Assembly (NCBI GenBank): GCA_004431415.1
Contig: QPMI01000331.1
Coordinates: 1-56,513, forward strand
Direction of reading: 5' to 3'
Length of the DNA stretch: 56,513 nucleotides
From: Cyanophora paradoxa CCMP329
Lineage: Eukaryota; Plantae; Glaucophyta
A program made the translations under genes and the position numbers. A model generated the notes under the pieces. That model did not search any database. It was not told the origin of the DNA and was given only the letters and a program-made list of their open reading frames with translations. The first letter of the stretch is position 1, and each line of letters begins with the position of its first letter. Shown here piece after piece: positions 34,236-46,911 of this stretch.

Positions 34236-37200
34236 TTAGGAAGATGACCCACCCACCATCAACTCACTCACTCAAAGTCCCCAGGTTTCGGATCTGCCAC
34301 AAAATCAAAGAAAGATGCACCCCAAATCTCTCTGGGGGAATATGCACAAGGCGCTAGCCTTAGGAAGATGACCCACCCACCAGCAAGTCACTCAGTCAAA
34401 GGCCCCGGGTTTCCGATCTGCCACAAAATAGAAGAAAGATGCACATCAAATCTCTCTGGGGGAATATGCACAAGGCGCTCCCAAAAGCAAGTCACTCAGT
34501 CGAAGGCCCCAGGTTTCCGATCTGCCACAAAAAAGAAGAAAGATGCACCCCAAATCTCTCTGGGGGAATATGCACAAGGCGCTAGCCTTAGGAAGATGAC
34601 CCACCCACCTGCAAGTCACTCAGTCAAAGGCCCCAGGTTTCCAATCTGCCAGAAAAAAGAAGAAAGATGCACCCCAAATCTCTCTGGGGGAATACGCACA
34701 AGGCGCTAGCCTTGGGAAGATGACCCACCCACCAGCAAGTCACCCAGTCGGAGGCCGCAAGTTTCTCATCTGCCACAAAATAGAAGAAAGATGCACCCCA
34801 GATCTCTCTGGGGGAATATGCACAAGGCGCTAGCCTTAGGAAGATGACCCACCCACCAGCAAGTCACTCAGTCAAAGGCCCCGGGTTTCCGATCTGCCAC
34901 AAAATAGAAGAAAGATGCGGGGGAATATGCACAAGGCGCTAGCCTTAGGCAGATGACTCTCCCAAAAGCAAGTCACTCAGTCGAAGGCCCCAGGTTTCCG
35001 ATCTGCCACAAAATAGAAGAAAGATGCACTCCAAATCTCTCTGGGGGAATATGCACAAGGCGCTAGCCTGAGGAAGATGACCCACCCACCTGCAAGTCAC
35101 TCAGTCAAAGGCCCCAGGTTTCCAATCTGCCAGAAAAAAAGAAGAAAGATGCACATCAAATCTCTCTGGGGGGATATGCATCAGGCGCTAGCCTTAGGCA
35201 GATGACCCACCCACCAGCAAGTCACTCAGTCGAAGGCCCCAGGTTTCCAATCTGCCACAAAAAAGAAGAAAGATGCACTTCACATCTCTCTGGGGGAATA
35301 TGCACAAGGTGCTAGCCTTAGGAAGATGACCCACCCACCTGCAAGTCACTCAGTCGAAGGCCCCAGGTTTCCAATCTGCCAGAAAAAAGAAGAAAAATGC
35401 ACCCCAAATCTCTCTGGGGGGATATCCATCAGGCGCTAGCCTTAGGCAGACGACCCACCCACCACCAAGTAACTCAGTCGAAGGCCCCACGTTTCCGATC
35501 TGTGGCAAAATAGAAGAAAGATGCACCCCAAATCTCTCTGGGGGGTTATGCACAAGGCGCTAGCCTTAGGCAGATGACCCACCCACCTGCGAGTCACTCA
35601 GTTCAACGCCCCAGGTTTCCGATCTGCCACAAAATAGAAGAATGATGCACCCCAAATCTCTCTGGGGGAATATGTACAAGGTGCTAGCCTTAGGCAGATG
35701 ACCCTCCCAAAAGCAAGTCACTCAGTCGAAGGCCCCAGGTTTCCGATCTGCCACAAAAAAGAAGAAAGATGCACTTCAAATCTCTCTGGGGGAATATGCA
35801 TAAGGCGCTAGCCTTGTGCAGATGACCCACCCACCAGCAAGACACTCAGTCAAAGGCCCCAGGTTTCCAATCTGCCACAAAATAGAAGAAAGATGCACTC
35901 CAAATCTCTCTGGGGGAATATGCACAAGGCGCTAGCCTGAGGAAGATGACCCACCCACCTGCAAGTCACTCAGTCAAAGGCCCCAGGTTTCCAATCTGCC
36001 AGAAAAAAAGAAGAAAGATGCACATCAAATCTCTCTGGGGGGATATGCATCAGGCGCTAGCCTTAGGCAGATGACCCACCCACCAGCAAGTCACTCAGTC
36101 GAAGGCCCCAGGTTTCCAATCTGCCACAAAAAAGAAGAAAGATGCACTTCACATCTCTCTGGGGGGATATCCATCAGGCGCTAGCCTTAGGCAGACGACC
36201 CACCCACCACCAAGTAACTCAGTCGAAGGCCCCACGTTTCCGATCTGTGGCAAAATAGAAGAAAGATGCACCCCAAATCTCTCTGGGGGGGTATGCACAA
36301 GGCGCTAGCCTTAGGCAGATGACCCACCCACCTGCGAGTCACTCAGTTCAACGCCCCAGGTTTCCGATCTTCCACAAAATAGAAGAATGATGCACCCCAA
36401 ATCTCTCTGGGGGAATATGTACAAGGTGCTAGCCTTAGGCAGATGACCCTCCCAAAAGCAAGTCACTCAGTCGAAGGCCCCAGGTTTCCGATCTGCCACA
36501 AAAAAGAAGAAAGATGCACTTCAAATCTCTCTGGGGGAATATGCATAAGGCGCTAGCCTTGTGCAGATGACCCACCCACCAGCAAGACACTCAGTCAAAG
36601 GCCCCAGGTTTCCAATCTGCCACAAAAAGAAGAAAGATGCACCCCAAATCTCTCTAGGGGAATATGCACAAGGTGCTAGCCTTAGGCAGATGACCCACCC
36701 ACCTGCAAGTCACTCAGTCGAAGGCCCCAGGTTTCCAATCTGCCACAAAAAAGAAGAAAGATGCACTTCACATCTCTCTGGGGGAATATGCACAAGGTGC
36801 TAGCCTTAGGAAGATGACCCACCCACCTGCAAGTCACTCAGTCGAAGGCCCCAGGTTTCCAATCTGCCAGAAAAAAGAAGAAAAATGCACCCCAAATCTC
36901 TCTGGGGGGATATCCATCAGGCGCTAGCCTTAGGCAGACGACCCACCCACCACCAAGTAACTCAGTCGAAGGCCCCACGTTTCCGATCTGTGGCAAAATA
37001 GAAGAAAGATGCACCCCAAATCTCTCTGGGGGGTATGCACAAGGCGCTAGCCTTAGGCAGATGACCCACCCACCTGCGAGTCACTCAGTTCAACGCCCCA
37101 GGTTTCCGATCTTCCACAAAATAGAAGAATGATGCACCCCAAATCTCTCTGGGGGAATATGTACAAGGTGCTAGCCTTAGGCAGATGACCCTCCCAAAAG

Positions 37201-37650
37201 CAAGTCACTCAGTCGAAGGCCCCAGGTTTCCGATCTGCCACAAAAAAGAAGAAAGATGCACTTCAAATCTCTCTGGGGGAATATGCATAAGGCGCTAGCC
37301 TTGTGCAGATGACCCACCCACCAGCAAGACACTCAGTCAAAGGCCCCAGGTTTCCAATCTGCCACAAAAAGAAGAAAGATGCACCCCAAATCTCTCTAGG
37401 GGAATATGCACAAGGTGCTAGCCTTAGGCAGACGACCCACCCACCACCAAGTAACTCAGTCGAAGGCCCCACGTTTCCGATCTGTGGCAAAATAGAAGAA
37501 AGATGCACCCCAAATCTCTCTGGGGGGGTATGCACAAGGCGCTAGCCTTAGGCAGATGACCCACCCACCTGCGAGTCACTCAGTTCAACGCCCCAGGTTT
37601 CCGATCTGCCACAAAATAGAAGAATGATGCACCCAAAATCTCTCTGGGGG
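34236..37650 (+). repeat. Satellite A array with higher-order structure
   Basis: Variant AAGTAACTCAGTCGAAGGCCCCACG recurs at ~35467, 36212, 36955, 37449 (about 6, 6 and 4 monomers apart). Confidence 0.95.
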
Positions 37651-37950
37651 ACTTGAATGTTTCCTGGGTTCACTCCCTCTTAGCGCTGGTCAGTTTGAAT
37701 TCCCGTTGGGCCCACAAAAGTGAGGTCAGGTGCACACAAAACCGTTCCAGGGGCAATATGCACAAGGTGCTAGCCTTAGGCAGGTGCACCCTGCCCAGCA
37801 CAGGGGTCCCCACCCACACGAAACAGCAGGCGGGGAGCGCTGGGATCCGCCAGAGCACTCTGGCAGGTTTGCATGATAGGGAGGGGTGTGAGTTTTCTAG
37901 TTTCGAGGTTGGGTGCGGGGCTGCCCCGATTGCCCCCTGAAATCTCACAG
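37651..37950. repeat. SatB partial monomer (+) joined to inverted SatC monomer
   Basis: SatB to ~37801, SatC reverse complement ~37800-37950. Confidence 0.85.
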
Positions 37951-38100
37951 TGTCCCTGTGACTCTGCAAAATTCTGCAATTTCTGGAAATGGATGTATCA
38001 TTTTCGAAGTCGATAACTTGCGATCACAAAACCTGTCAGGAATCAATGGCCAAAATGTTGCCGCAAATGGCCACGTTTTTGCAATTATTTTTAATTGTAG
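37951..38100 (+). mobile_element. Gypsy family-1-like post-protease fragment
   Basis: SAISGNGCIIFEVDNLRSQNLSGINGQ...VFAIIFN aligns with IALSGAGCIIFDNKKLHPKNLFGINGQ...VFAIVFN of the full element. Confidence 0.85.
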
Positions 38101-38980
38101 CGGGTGGGGACCCCTGTGAGATTTCGGGGGGCAATCGGGCAGCCCCGAACCCAACCTCGAAACTAGAAAACTAATACCCCTCCCTATTATGCAAACCTGC
38201 CAGAGTGCTCTGGTGAATCCCAGGGCTCCCTTCCTGCTGTTTTGTGTGGGTGGGGACCCCTCTGAGATTTCGGGGGGCGATCAGGGCAGCCCCAAACCCA
38301 ACCTCGAAAATAGAAAACTAACACCCCTCCCTATCATGCAAACCTGCCAGAGTGCTCTGGTGAATCCCAGGGCTCCCTTCCTGCTGTTTTGTGTGGGTGG
38401 GGACCACTGTGAGATTTCGGGGGGCGATTGGGGCAGCCCCGAACCCAACCTCGAAACTAGAAAAGTAACACCTCTCCCTACCATGCAAACCTGCCAGAGT
38501 GCTCTGGCAAATCCCAGCGCTCCCTGCCTGCTGTTTCGTGTGGGTGGGGACCCCTCTGAGATTTCAGGGGGCGATGGGGGCAGCCCCGAACCCATCCTTG
38601 AAACTAGAAATCTAACACCCCTCCCTATCATGCAAACCTGCCAGAGTGCTCTGGCGAATCCCAGCGCTCCCTGCCTGCTGTTTTCTGTGGGTGGGGACTC
38701 CTGTGAGATTTCGGGGGGCCATCGGGGCGGCCCGAACCCAACCTCGAAACTAGAAAACGAACACCCCTCCCTACCATGCAAACCTGCCAGAGTGCTCTGG
38801 CGAATCCCAGCGCTCCCTGCCTGCTGTTTCGTGTGGGTGGGGACCCCTGTGAGATTTCGGGGGGCGATGGGGGCAGCCCCAAACCCAACCTCGAAACAAG
38901 AAAACTAACACCCCTCCCTATCATGCAAACCCACCAGAGTGCTCTGGCGAATCCCAGCGCTCCCTGCCTGCTGTTTTGTG
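38101..38980 (+). repeat. Satellite C array, 147-bp monomer
   Basis: Period 147 (e.g. ATGCAAAC at 51653 and 51800); internal dyads GCCAGAG-TG-CTCTGGC, GGGGACCCC, GGGGCAGCCCC. Confidence 0.95.
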
Positions 38981-40026
38981 TTTCCTTTTGGGGTGCGCCT
39001 CATGATGCGGTGTCACCTAGAAAGTTGAGGCTGAGTGAGGTGCACCTGCCTAAGGCTAGCGCCTTGTGCAGTCTCCCCCCGAGAAACTTTTGTGTGCACC
39101 TGGCTTCGTTTTGGGGTGCGCCTCATGAACATACTCTCTATGTCGAGCCCTCCTATCCGGAGCAACTGCGCGACCAGCTGCATGCGCTCAATAATCGACT
39201 TGCGCAAGAGGTTTGGCGTTGTGGTAAAACTGCAGACTGGAAACACGAACCTGGAGGTCTCGCTATTGGCCCTTTCTCGAAACTTGCTGCTGAGCGCGTC
39301 TCGCTCCAGGGAGTAGCTCTCTGTCGCGTTCGCCTTCTTCCTGACACACAGCTCGCTTTCCATGAGATTGACGTGCCCTGCAATGTCTCGATTGACAGTC
39401 CCGTTGCCCTTCCCGATGTGCTTGCGATCCGGCCCGCGGCCCGTGCGATCGACTTCATTCCCGTGCCTGCGCATGCGCTTAGCCTTGTTAAGAACGCTTG
39501 CAAGTTGTCCTCCATGCCCGCACTCGTCCGGTTTCTGATGAACTCGTTGCAGCTTTCCGACCTTGCACTCCGTCCGCTGCCACCGTCGTCTTCCCGTACG
39601 TTTGCGTTCTACTCTGACCGCGAGAACATCAGCGATCGTTCAAAGGAAGAGCTGCGCCTCTCTAAGTCGGTTGCGTACAAGCTGCCTGCTGCCCCGTCGC
39701 GTTACACGGTTCACGACGTGTACAAGTACCTCTCCTCCCACGCTTTCATGGCGCCGACGACCGCTGAGACTAAGTGGCGTGCTGATCTCTCTCCAAAGTT
39801 CCTCTGGCCGCCGGGCTACGATGCGCGCACTGATCGCTTTCCCTGGTTCAACACGTCACCTAGAAAGTTGAGGCTGAGTGAGGTGCACCTGCCTACGGCT
39901 AGCGCCTTGTGCAGTCTCCCCCCGAGAAAAGTTTTTGTGCACCTGGCTTCCTTTTGGGGTGCGCCTCATGATGCAGTGTCACCTAGAAAGTTGAGGCTGA
40001 GTGAGGTGCACCTGCCTAAGGCTAGC
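38981..40026 (-). repeat. Satellite D (~123 bp) units at 38981-39128 and 39855-40026, split by a LINE fragment
   Basis: GGGGTGCG at 38990/39113; TAGAAAG at 39861/39984; carries the shared core. Confidence 0.85.
39129..39854 (+). mobile_element. Non-LTR (L1/Tx1-like) ORF2 C-terminal fragment
   Basis: Open frame with EPGGLAI (post-RT GGLG-like) and YTVHDVYKYL (FSVKSAY-like) motifs. Confidence 0.55.
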
Positions 40027-40840
40027 ATAAGTTGGGGCAAAAGCTGAAGCAGTCCCGCCAGCAGGAGGCGGCAGAGCATGGTTCACAAGATCATCAAGCT
40101 GGTGTGAAGTCATCGTTGTGTGAAGGTACGAGCGCTGCAGGGAATTAGGCTTTGGGGTGCGGTGATTCCAGTCTCCGATAAGAAGCATAGGCAAAGTGGC
40201 GGAGAGATACCCAGCCTGCACACAAGATTGCCACCACTCACGGCGATCCCTGCGCAATAGAGACCGAAATAAAACGTCCATCAGAGTCCTGACGAGCAAG
40301 TGTAACCTCGTGCTGTGCAGCGAAGAAGGGCGTGACCATTATGGCAACACCAGTGGAGCGGGATTGAGTCGGAGCAGAGTGGAAGAACAGGTCTCGCCAG
40401 GCAGCTGCAATCTTTTCAAGTTTTCCCAAAGGGTGACCAGCGTCATCAAATTCCCTCAGCTTCGTTTCCTGTAAGCAGAGGATGTCTATCTTGTGAGCAA
40501 CAGCAAACTTCCGGCAACGTTCCACAAATTTCTGCAGCTTGTTGGGACTGTTGAGCCCTCCCACATTTAATGATGCAATGTTAACCATATTTAATCAGGC
40601 CACGGGGGTGCACGCAGAGGCCGCGTCTGGTGTGGGGGGCGGGGTGCAGGAAGCATTCGGCCATCAATGAAAGTGCTTGACAAGGCAATGCAAAAGGCAA
40701 TGACGGGTGGGCTCAGCAAGTACTCGGTTGTAAGGCCAGAAAGACACTGGAGCAAGATAAGAAGGGAGCAAGGGACTACTGTGTCTGCTCAAAATTCTGC
40801 TTAGTGGGGGCTTCATAGTAGTTGCGTTGTTCAAGGCCAG
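40027..40840 (-). mobile_element. LINE APE endonuclease fragment with internal deletion, plus upstream sequence
   Basis: IASLNVGGLN, ILCLQET, STGVAI, DSDGR, LLIGDWN; ATG at 40588. Confidence 0.88.
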
Positions 40841-41020
40841 CCTGTGAGATTTCGGGGGGCGATCGGGGCAGCCCTGAACCCAACCTCGAACCTGGAAAAC
40901 TAACACCCCTCCCTATCATGCAAACCTGCCAGAGTGCTGGGGCGAATCCCAGGGCTCCGTTCCTGCTGTTTCGTGTGGGTGGGGACCCCTGTGAGATTTT
41001 GGGGGGCTATGGGGGCAGCC

Positions 41021-41319
41021 CTTGATTGTGTTCACTTCCAGGTTGCTCGTAAAAAGATTGCTCGCTGAAAGATCGTGGGCTATTTCAACCTTTGTCTTTC
41101 GATTTGATACACCAGCAATTAGGGTGCTATTATCCGAAATTCGAAGGGCTGCATTCTGGTGACCCGTTTCATCCTGGACAAAGAAATTCAATCGACCCCT
41201 ATCAAAGGACTTGGGTATGTTCCTTCGATTGTATTTAATTGTTTTGGGTATCTGGCGAGTTGCCTGGATGCTTGCAACCCTATTCCGCTCGTTATCATCG
41301 AGCAGAAAATCGATCCCCA
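41021..41319 (-). other. Intronless coding fragment of unknown, possibly viral, origin
   Basis: Open frame GIDFLLDDNERNRVASIQATRQ...GRLNFFVQDETG...NLEVNTIKG, both ends cut by SatC. Confidence 0.4.
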
Positions 41320-42298
41320 ATTTAGGGGGCGATTGGGGGCAGCCCCAAACCCAACCTCGAAACTAGAAAACTCACACCCCTCCCCATCATGCAAACCTGC
41401 CAGAGTGCTCTGGCGGATCCCAGCACTCCCTGCCTGCTGTTTCGTGTGGGTGGGGACCCCTGTGAGATGGGGACCCCTGTCAGATTTCGGGGGGCGATTG
41501 GTGCAGCCCCGAACCCAACCTCGAAACTAGAAAACTAACACCCCTCCCTATCATGCAAACCTGCCAGAGTGCTCTGGCGAATCCCAGCGCTCCCTCCCCA
41601 CCCACACGAAACAGCAGGCAGGGAGCGCTGGGATTCGCCAGAGCACCCTGGCAAATTTGCATGATAGGGAGGGGTGTTAGTTTTCTAGTTTCGGGGTTGG
41701 GTTCGGGGCTGCCCCCATCACCCCCTGAAATCTCACAGGAAATCTCACGGGGGTCCCCAGCCACACGAAAAAGCAGGCAGGGAGCGCTGGGATTCGCCAG
41801 AGCACTCTGGCAGGCTAACATGATAGGGAGGGGTGTTAGTTTTCTAGTTTTGAGGTTGGGTTCAGGGCTGCCTCGGGGCGATTGGGGCAGCCCCAAACCC
41901 AACCTCGAAACTAGAAAACTAACACCCCTCCCTATCATGCAAACCTGCCAGAGTGCTCTGGCGAATCCCAGCGCTCCCTGCCTGCTGTTTGGTGTGGGTG
42001 GGGACCCCTGTGAGATTTCGGGGGGCGATGGGGGCAGCCCCGCACCCAACCTTGAAACTAAAAAACTAACACCCCTTCCAATCATGCAAACCTGCCAGAG
42101 TGCTCTGGCGGATCCCAGCACTCCCCGCCTGCTGTTTCGTGTGGGTGGGGACCCCTGTGAGATTTCGGGGGGCGATTGGGGCAGCCCCAAACCCAACCTC
42201 GAAACTAGAAAACTCACACCCCTCCCCATCATGCAAACCTGCCAGAGTGCTCTGGCGAATCCCAGCGCTACCCGCCTGCTGTTTCGTGTGGGTGGGGA

Positions 42299-42595
42299 AC
42301 AATGGCACACTAGAGTTATCAGTGAGAGAAACAGAAACTGCTACATTTGGGTGTTTTGCAGAAGTTACTACACCTGTCGAGTGCGAGATATCAATTCCAT
42401 TTTTGATGCAATAATCGCGACCTAATATAACATCATGGGACATCTCATCAAGCACAACCAACTTCTCCTTTGTGCACAGAGGTCCTAAACTAACATCAAC
42501 AATTGCTGTCCCGAGGGGTTTGATCAATGTTTTTGAGAATCCAGCTAGTGCAGGACCATCAGAAGTTATGCTAGCATTAGCCGCATTTGGGTGGG
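42299..42595 (-). mobile_element. Gypsy family-1-like protease C-terminal fragment
   Basis: IKPLGTAIVDVSLGPLCTKEKLVVLDEMSHDVILGRDYCIK nearly matches the full element. Confidence 0.9.
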
Positions 42596-44151
42596 GACCC
42601 GTGGGTGGGGACCCCTGTGAGATTTCGAGGGGCCCCCCGAAATTTCACAGGGGTCCCCACCCACACAAAACAGCAGGCAGGGGGCGCTGGGATTCGCCAG
42701 AGCACTCTGGCAGGTTTGCATGATAGGGAGGGGTGTTAGTTTTCTAGTTTCGAGGTTGGGTTCGGGGCTGCCCCCATTGCCCCCCGAAATCCCACAGGGG
42801 TCCCTGTGAGATTTCAGGGGGCGATCGGGGCCACCCCGAACCCAACCTCGAACCTAGAAAACTAACACCCCTCCCTATCATGCAAACCTGCCAGAGTGCT
42901 CTGGCGGATCCCAGCGCTCCGTTCCTGCTGTTTCGTGTGGGTGGGGACCCCTGTGAAATTTCGGGGGGCGATCCAACAACTCAAGTAACGGCTTGTTGTA
43001 TGTGATCTTAATTTTTTCGGAATTGCTATCTTTCTCTCTGGCAATGATCTTGATGATATCCTCCTCGCTGTAAGCAAAGAAGCTGTTATCGTTGAACTGT
43101 GTTTTGATCCACCAAACAGCAGGCAGGGAGCGCTGGGATTCGCCAGAGCACTCTGGCAGATTTGCATGATAGGGAGGGGTGTTAGTTTTCTAGTTTCGAG
43201 GTTGGGTTCAGGGCTGCCCCCATCGCCCCCTGAGATCTTACAGGGGTCCCCACCCACACGAAACAGCAGGCAGGGAGTGCTGGGATTCGCCAGAGCACTC
43301 TGGCTGGTTTGCATGATAGGGGGGGTGTTGGTTTTCTAGTTTCAAGGTTGGGTTCGGGGCTGCCCCCATCACCCCCCAAAATCTCACAGGGGTCCCCACC
43401 CACACAAAACAGCAGGCAGGGAGCGCTGGGATTCGCCAGAGCACCCTGGCAAATTTGCATGATAGGGAGGGGTGTTAGTTTTCTAGTTTCGGGGTTGGGT
43501 TCGGGGCTGCCCCCATCACCCCCTGAAATCTCACAGGATGGGGGCAGCCCCGAACCCAACCCCGAAACTAGAAAACTAACACCCCTCCCTATCATGCAAA
43601 TTTGCCAGGGTGCTCTGGCGAATCCCAGCGCTCCCTGCCTGCTGTTTCGTGTGGGTGGGGACCCCTGTGAGATTTTGGGGGGCGATGGGGGCAGCCCCGA
43701 ACCCAACCTTGAAACTAGAAAACCAACACCCCTCCCTATCATGCAAACCTGCCAGAGTGCTCTGGCGAATCCCAGCACTCCCTGCCTGCTGTTTCGTGTG
43801 GGTGGGGACCCCTGTGAGATTTTGGGGGTGACTCAATGGGGGCAGCCCCGCACCCAACCTCGAAACTAGAAAACTAACACCCCTCCCTATCATGCAAAAC
43901 TGCCAGAGTGCTCTGGCGAATCCCAGCGCTCCCTGCCTGCTGTTTCGTGTGGGTGGGACCCCTGTGAGATTTGGGGGCGGCAATGGGGGCAGCCCCGAAC
44001 CCGACCTCGAAACTAGAAAACTAACACCCCTCCCTATCATGCAAAACTGCCAAAGTGCTCTGGCGAATCCCAGCACTCCCTGCCTGCCGGTTTATGTGGG
44101 TGGGGACCCCTGTGAGATTTTGGGGGGCAATGGGGGCAGCCCCAACCCAAC

Positions 44152-44372
44152 CATGGGCCTCATCTGCCCATCAAGCACGCTATTCAGACCGGTGACGCTC
44201 GTCCTATTGCTGAGCCCCCACGCAGGCATTCTCAGCAGGAGCGTGAACTGATTGTGCATGAGACTCGAAAATTGTTGGATCACAATTTAATTTGTCCCTC
44301 TCGGTCGCCTTGGGCTGCTCCTGTGGTCCTTGTGCGGAAGAAGGATGGAACTTTGAGATTTTGCATTGATTT
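44152..44372 (+). mobile_element. Gypsy family-2 RT N-terminal fragment
   Basis: SPWAAPVVLVRKKDGTLRFCID. Confidence 0.9.
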
Positions 44373-44590
44373 TGCGAATCCCAGCCCCCCCTGCCTGCTG
44401 TTTCGTGTGGGTGGGGACCCCTGTGAGATTTCGGGGGGCGATGGGGGCAGCCCCGAACCCAACCTCGAAACTAGAAATCTAACACCCCTCCCTATCATGC
44501 AAACCTGCCAGAGTGCTCTGGCGAATCCAAGCACTCCCTTCCTGCTGTTTCCTGTGGGTGGGGACCCCTGTGAGATTTCGGGGGGCGATT

Positions 44591-45350
44591 AAGATTTCAT
44601 CCGATCAAGGTGGTGAATTCGATAATTTTCTGCTAGCCGAGCTTGAGCGGCTCTTTAAAATAAAACATGTTCTTTCTTCGTCGTACCACCCGCAATCTCA
44701 GGGTGCGGTCGAAAAATTCAATGATGTTCTAGTCACTAGACTGCGTTTTTATATTGAGGACAATCCCAAGACTTGGGACAAACATTTGCCTTTCGCACTT
44801 CTCGCTGTGCGCAATTACAAGAACCCTACGGGTTATACACCTTTCGAAATGGTGTATGGACGGCCTTGTGTGTTGCCGACGGATTTGTTGGTGACTCCCC
44901 ACCTTGTTCTGGATCCTGCTGAGGCTGGTACATACCCGCAGCAGTTGGCTCGCAGATTTTCACGGATTTATTCTGATATCCAAGGAGTTAAAAATGACTA
45001 TTTGGCTACTCAAACGAATCTTAAGCAGTTGTACCTCCCTGGAGAATTTGTGAAGGTTCAAATCCCATCGACTTGTCGCTCTGACAAGTTGTCCCCTCGC
45101 TACACTGGACCTTGGATTATTTTGGAGGAAGTTTCTCATGGCAAAGGTGTTACTTTCCTTGTGGAGTATGTTGGACCTAAGGCTCGTGATGCGCCTAAAT
45201 TGAAATCTCGCATTATGGTTCATGCTTCTAGGATGGCGCCTTGGACTGAGTAGTTCCTTCTTTACTTATTGGCGAGCGAGGACGTCGCCTTTTCTTACTA
45301 CAGAGCGAGTTGAGCTGAAGCGTAGTTCGCCTAAGTCAGTGTGTCATAGT
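44591..45350 (+). mobile_element. pol: Gypsy integrase C-terminal fragment with PPT-like tract and LTR start
   Basis: SDQGGEF, YHPQSQGAVEKFN, TPFEMVYGR, YTGPW; stop 45253; AGAGCGAGT then TGAGCTGAAGCGTAG at ~45311. Confidence 0.88.
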
Positions 45351-45489
45351 ACCCCCTGATGTACCCTAGCCTAGTCTGATGTATGGGGGCTTGCCCTGGA
45401 GAGTTGGGGTGTTGGGTGGAAATACAGTGTGGTGTCCAGGAACTTGTCCTGGTACATCAGCGTGTGAACCCATAGTGTACTACGGGACA

Positions 45490-46172
45490 GGAGGCCTTGC
45501 ACTCTTCCTGTGGACTTGCTGGCTACTCCTGAAGTTCAAGTGACTACTTCAGAGCCTTCTAATTATCCAGCTACGCTGGCACGGCGTTTCTCTCGGATTT
45601 ACACTGATATTCAGCAAGCTAAGGAAGAATATCTTGCCAAGCAGCAGCAGCGGCCTTCTCAACCAGTTTTTATTCCTGGAGAAGTTGTTGCTGTGAAGAC
45701 CCCTTCCACTCGGCGGTCTGATAAGCTTTCCCATCGTTTCACTGGACCTTGGACTGTGCTTAAAGATGTTTCTCACGGCAAGGGAGTTACTTTCTTGCTG
45801 GAGTATTCTGGTCCTAAGGAGCGTGGTTCCCCTGCTGAGGGCTCGCGTCAAATGGTTCATGCCTCTCGGCTCAAGCCTTGGGAGGGACCCTGCTTGATCT
45901 CTTTCTTTTCTTTTCCTTCCTTGGGCTTGGCCAGCGCGGACGTGGCCTTTTTCTTACTTGGAGGAGAGTTGTTGCGAAGCGTAGTTCCCCTTCCCTTTTG
46001 CCGTAGCGAATGTAGCATGTACGCTAGTGATACCCCGTCCCTCGTGTAGGGGTATGTTATTCAATCATACGCGGATATTACGCGTGTGTGCACGTGCGTC
46101 CCGGCACGGCACTGCGCCGTGTGTGGAAGTGGCTTAGAACCTATCGTATAGACTTTAGCAGCTTCTTTTCAC
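45490..46172 (+). mobile_element. pol: Second Gypsy integrase 3' fragment, PPT (45960-45968) and truncated LTR (from 45970)
   Basis: DKLSHRFTGPW...VHASRLKPW, homologous to the preceding fragment; GGAGGAGAG-T-TGTTGCGAAG. Confidence 0.85.
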
Positions 46173-46800
46173 AAATCCATCAAAGTTCAGTTGAGCTAAT
46201 TTCTCATGGACTCTGCGGACATGGCTTTTTGCACCCTCATCAGGGAACGCTTTTGGAACAACATCACAGGCCAATGAAAGAAATCTCCGCAGATCAAGTT
46301 CATCTGATTCGGGGAGCTAAGGAAACATTGCGTTCCATTTACGTTGGAAATCGGTTTCCGATAAACCAAAATGATTTTCAAACTCTGTACAAATGGTTTC
46401 AATGAAGTTTGCAGGTGCAGGATTGGGGACGGCCATTTTTGCGACCAACTTTTTAGCTTCTTTGCGACAGGTGTGCAGAATAATACTGTACTTATCGGCT
46501 ACGGAATAATTCTGGCGTCCGAAATAATTTTGTAACGACATTTTATACGTTTCGAGATCACATATGCCATCAGCTTCCCCAGAGTATTGCAGGTTAGGAT
46601 CCTAGAGAAGGCCAACAATTGTTCGTTTGTAAGAGCATCACCCATTTCCGACAAATTGTATTCAGGAGAGTCTATTTCAACTACCGGTTCGCTACCTTTG
46701 TCGTCTGATTCAAGCTCTAGTCGCTGCAACCTATTCGCTATTCGCTCCCAACCAGCGAATCGTTTAGGACCCACTGTTAAATGAGGGAGGTTTGAACTAT
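46173..46800 (-). pseudogene. gag: Decayed gag fragment distantly related to family-1 Gag
   Basis: DKYSIIL...PNPAPANFIETI...FGLSETD...MFP*LPE...AFPDE aligns by eye to EKFSVLL...PEPLPATFFDDV...FNPSKDD...LNPWKPD...AFPGE (W replaced by stop). Confidence 0.65.
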
Positions 46801-46911
46801 GATTGCTACCAATCGACGGCTAACGTAAGCTCTATGATGAGAAACTGATGAATATGAGAAAAACAATACAAGAACCCAATCTAACTGCCGCCCCTCCTGT
46901 GGAGAACCTAA

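Larger units (their letters stand above)
40841..44590. repeat. SatC monomers in alternating orientations with embedded foreign fragments
   Basis: 147-bp unit on both strands; inserts at ~41021-41319, 42299-42595, 42975-43110, 44152-44372. Confidence 0.92.

Noticed and set aside
3490-37650. CRISPR array interpretation of conserved core plus variable flank
   Set aside because: Intervening sequences are near-identical rather than unique spacers; no cas genes; eukaryotic context.
38776-40047. 423-aa ORF as a single gene
   Set aside because: Chimeric read-through of SatC, SatD, a LINE fragment and SatD.
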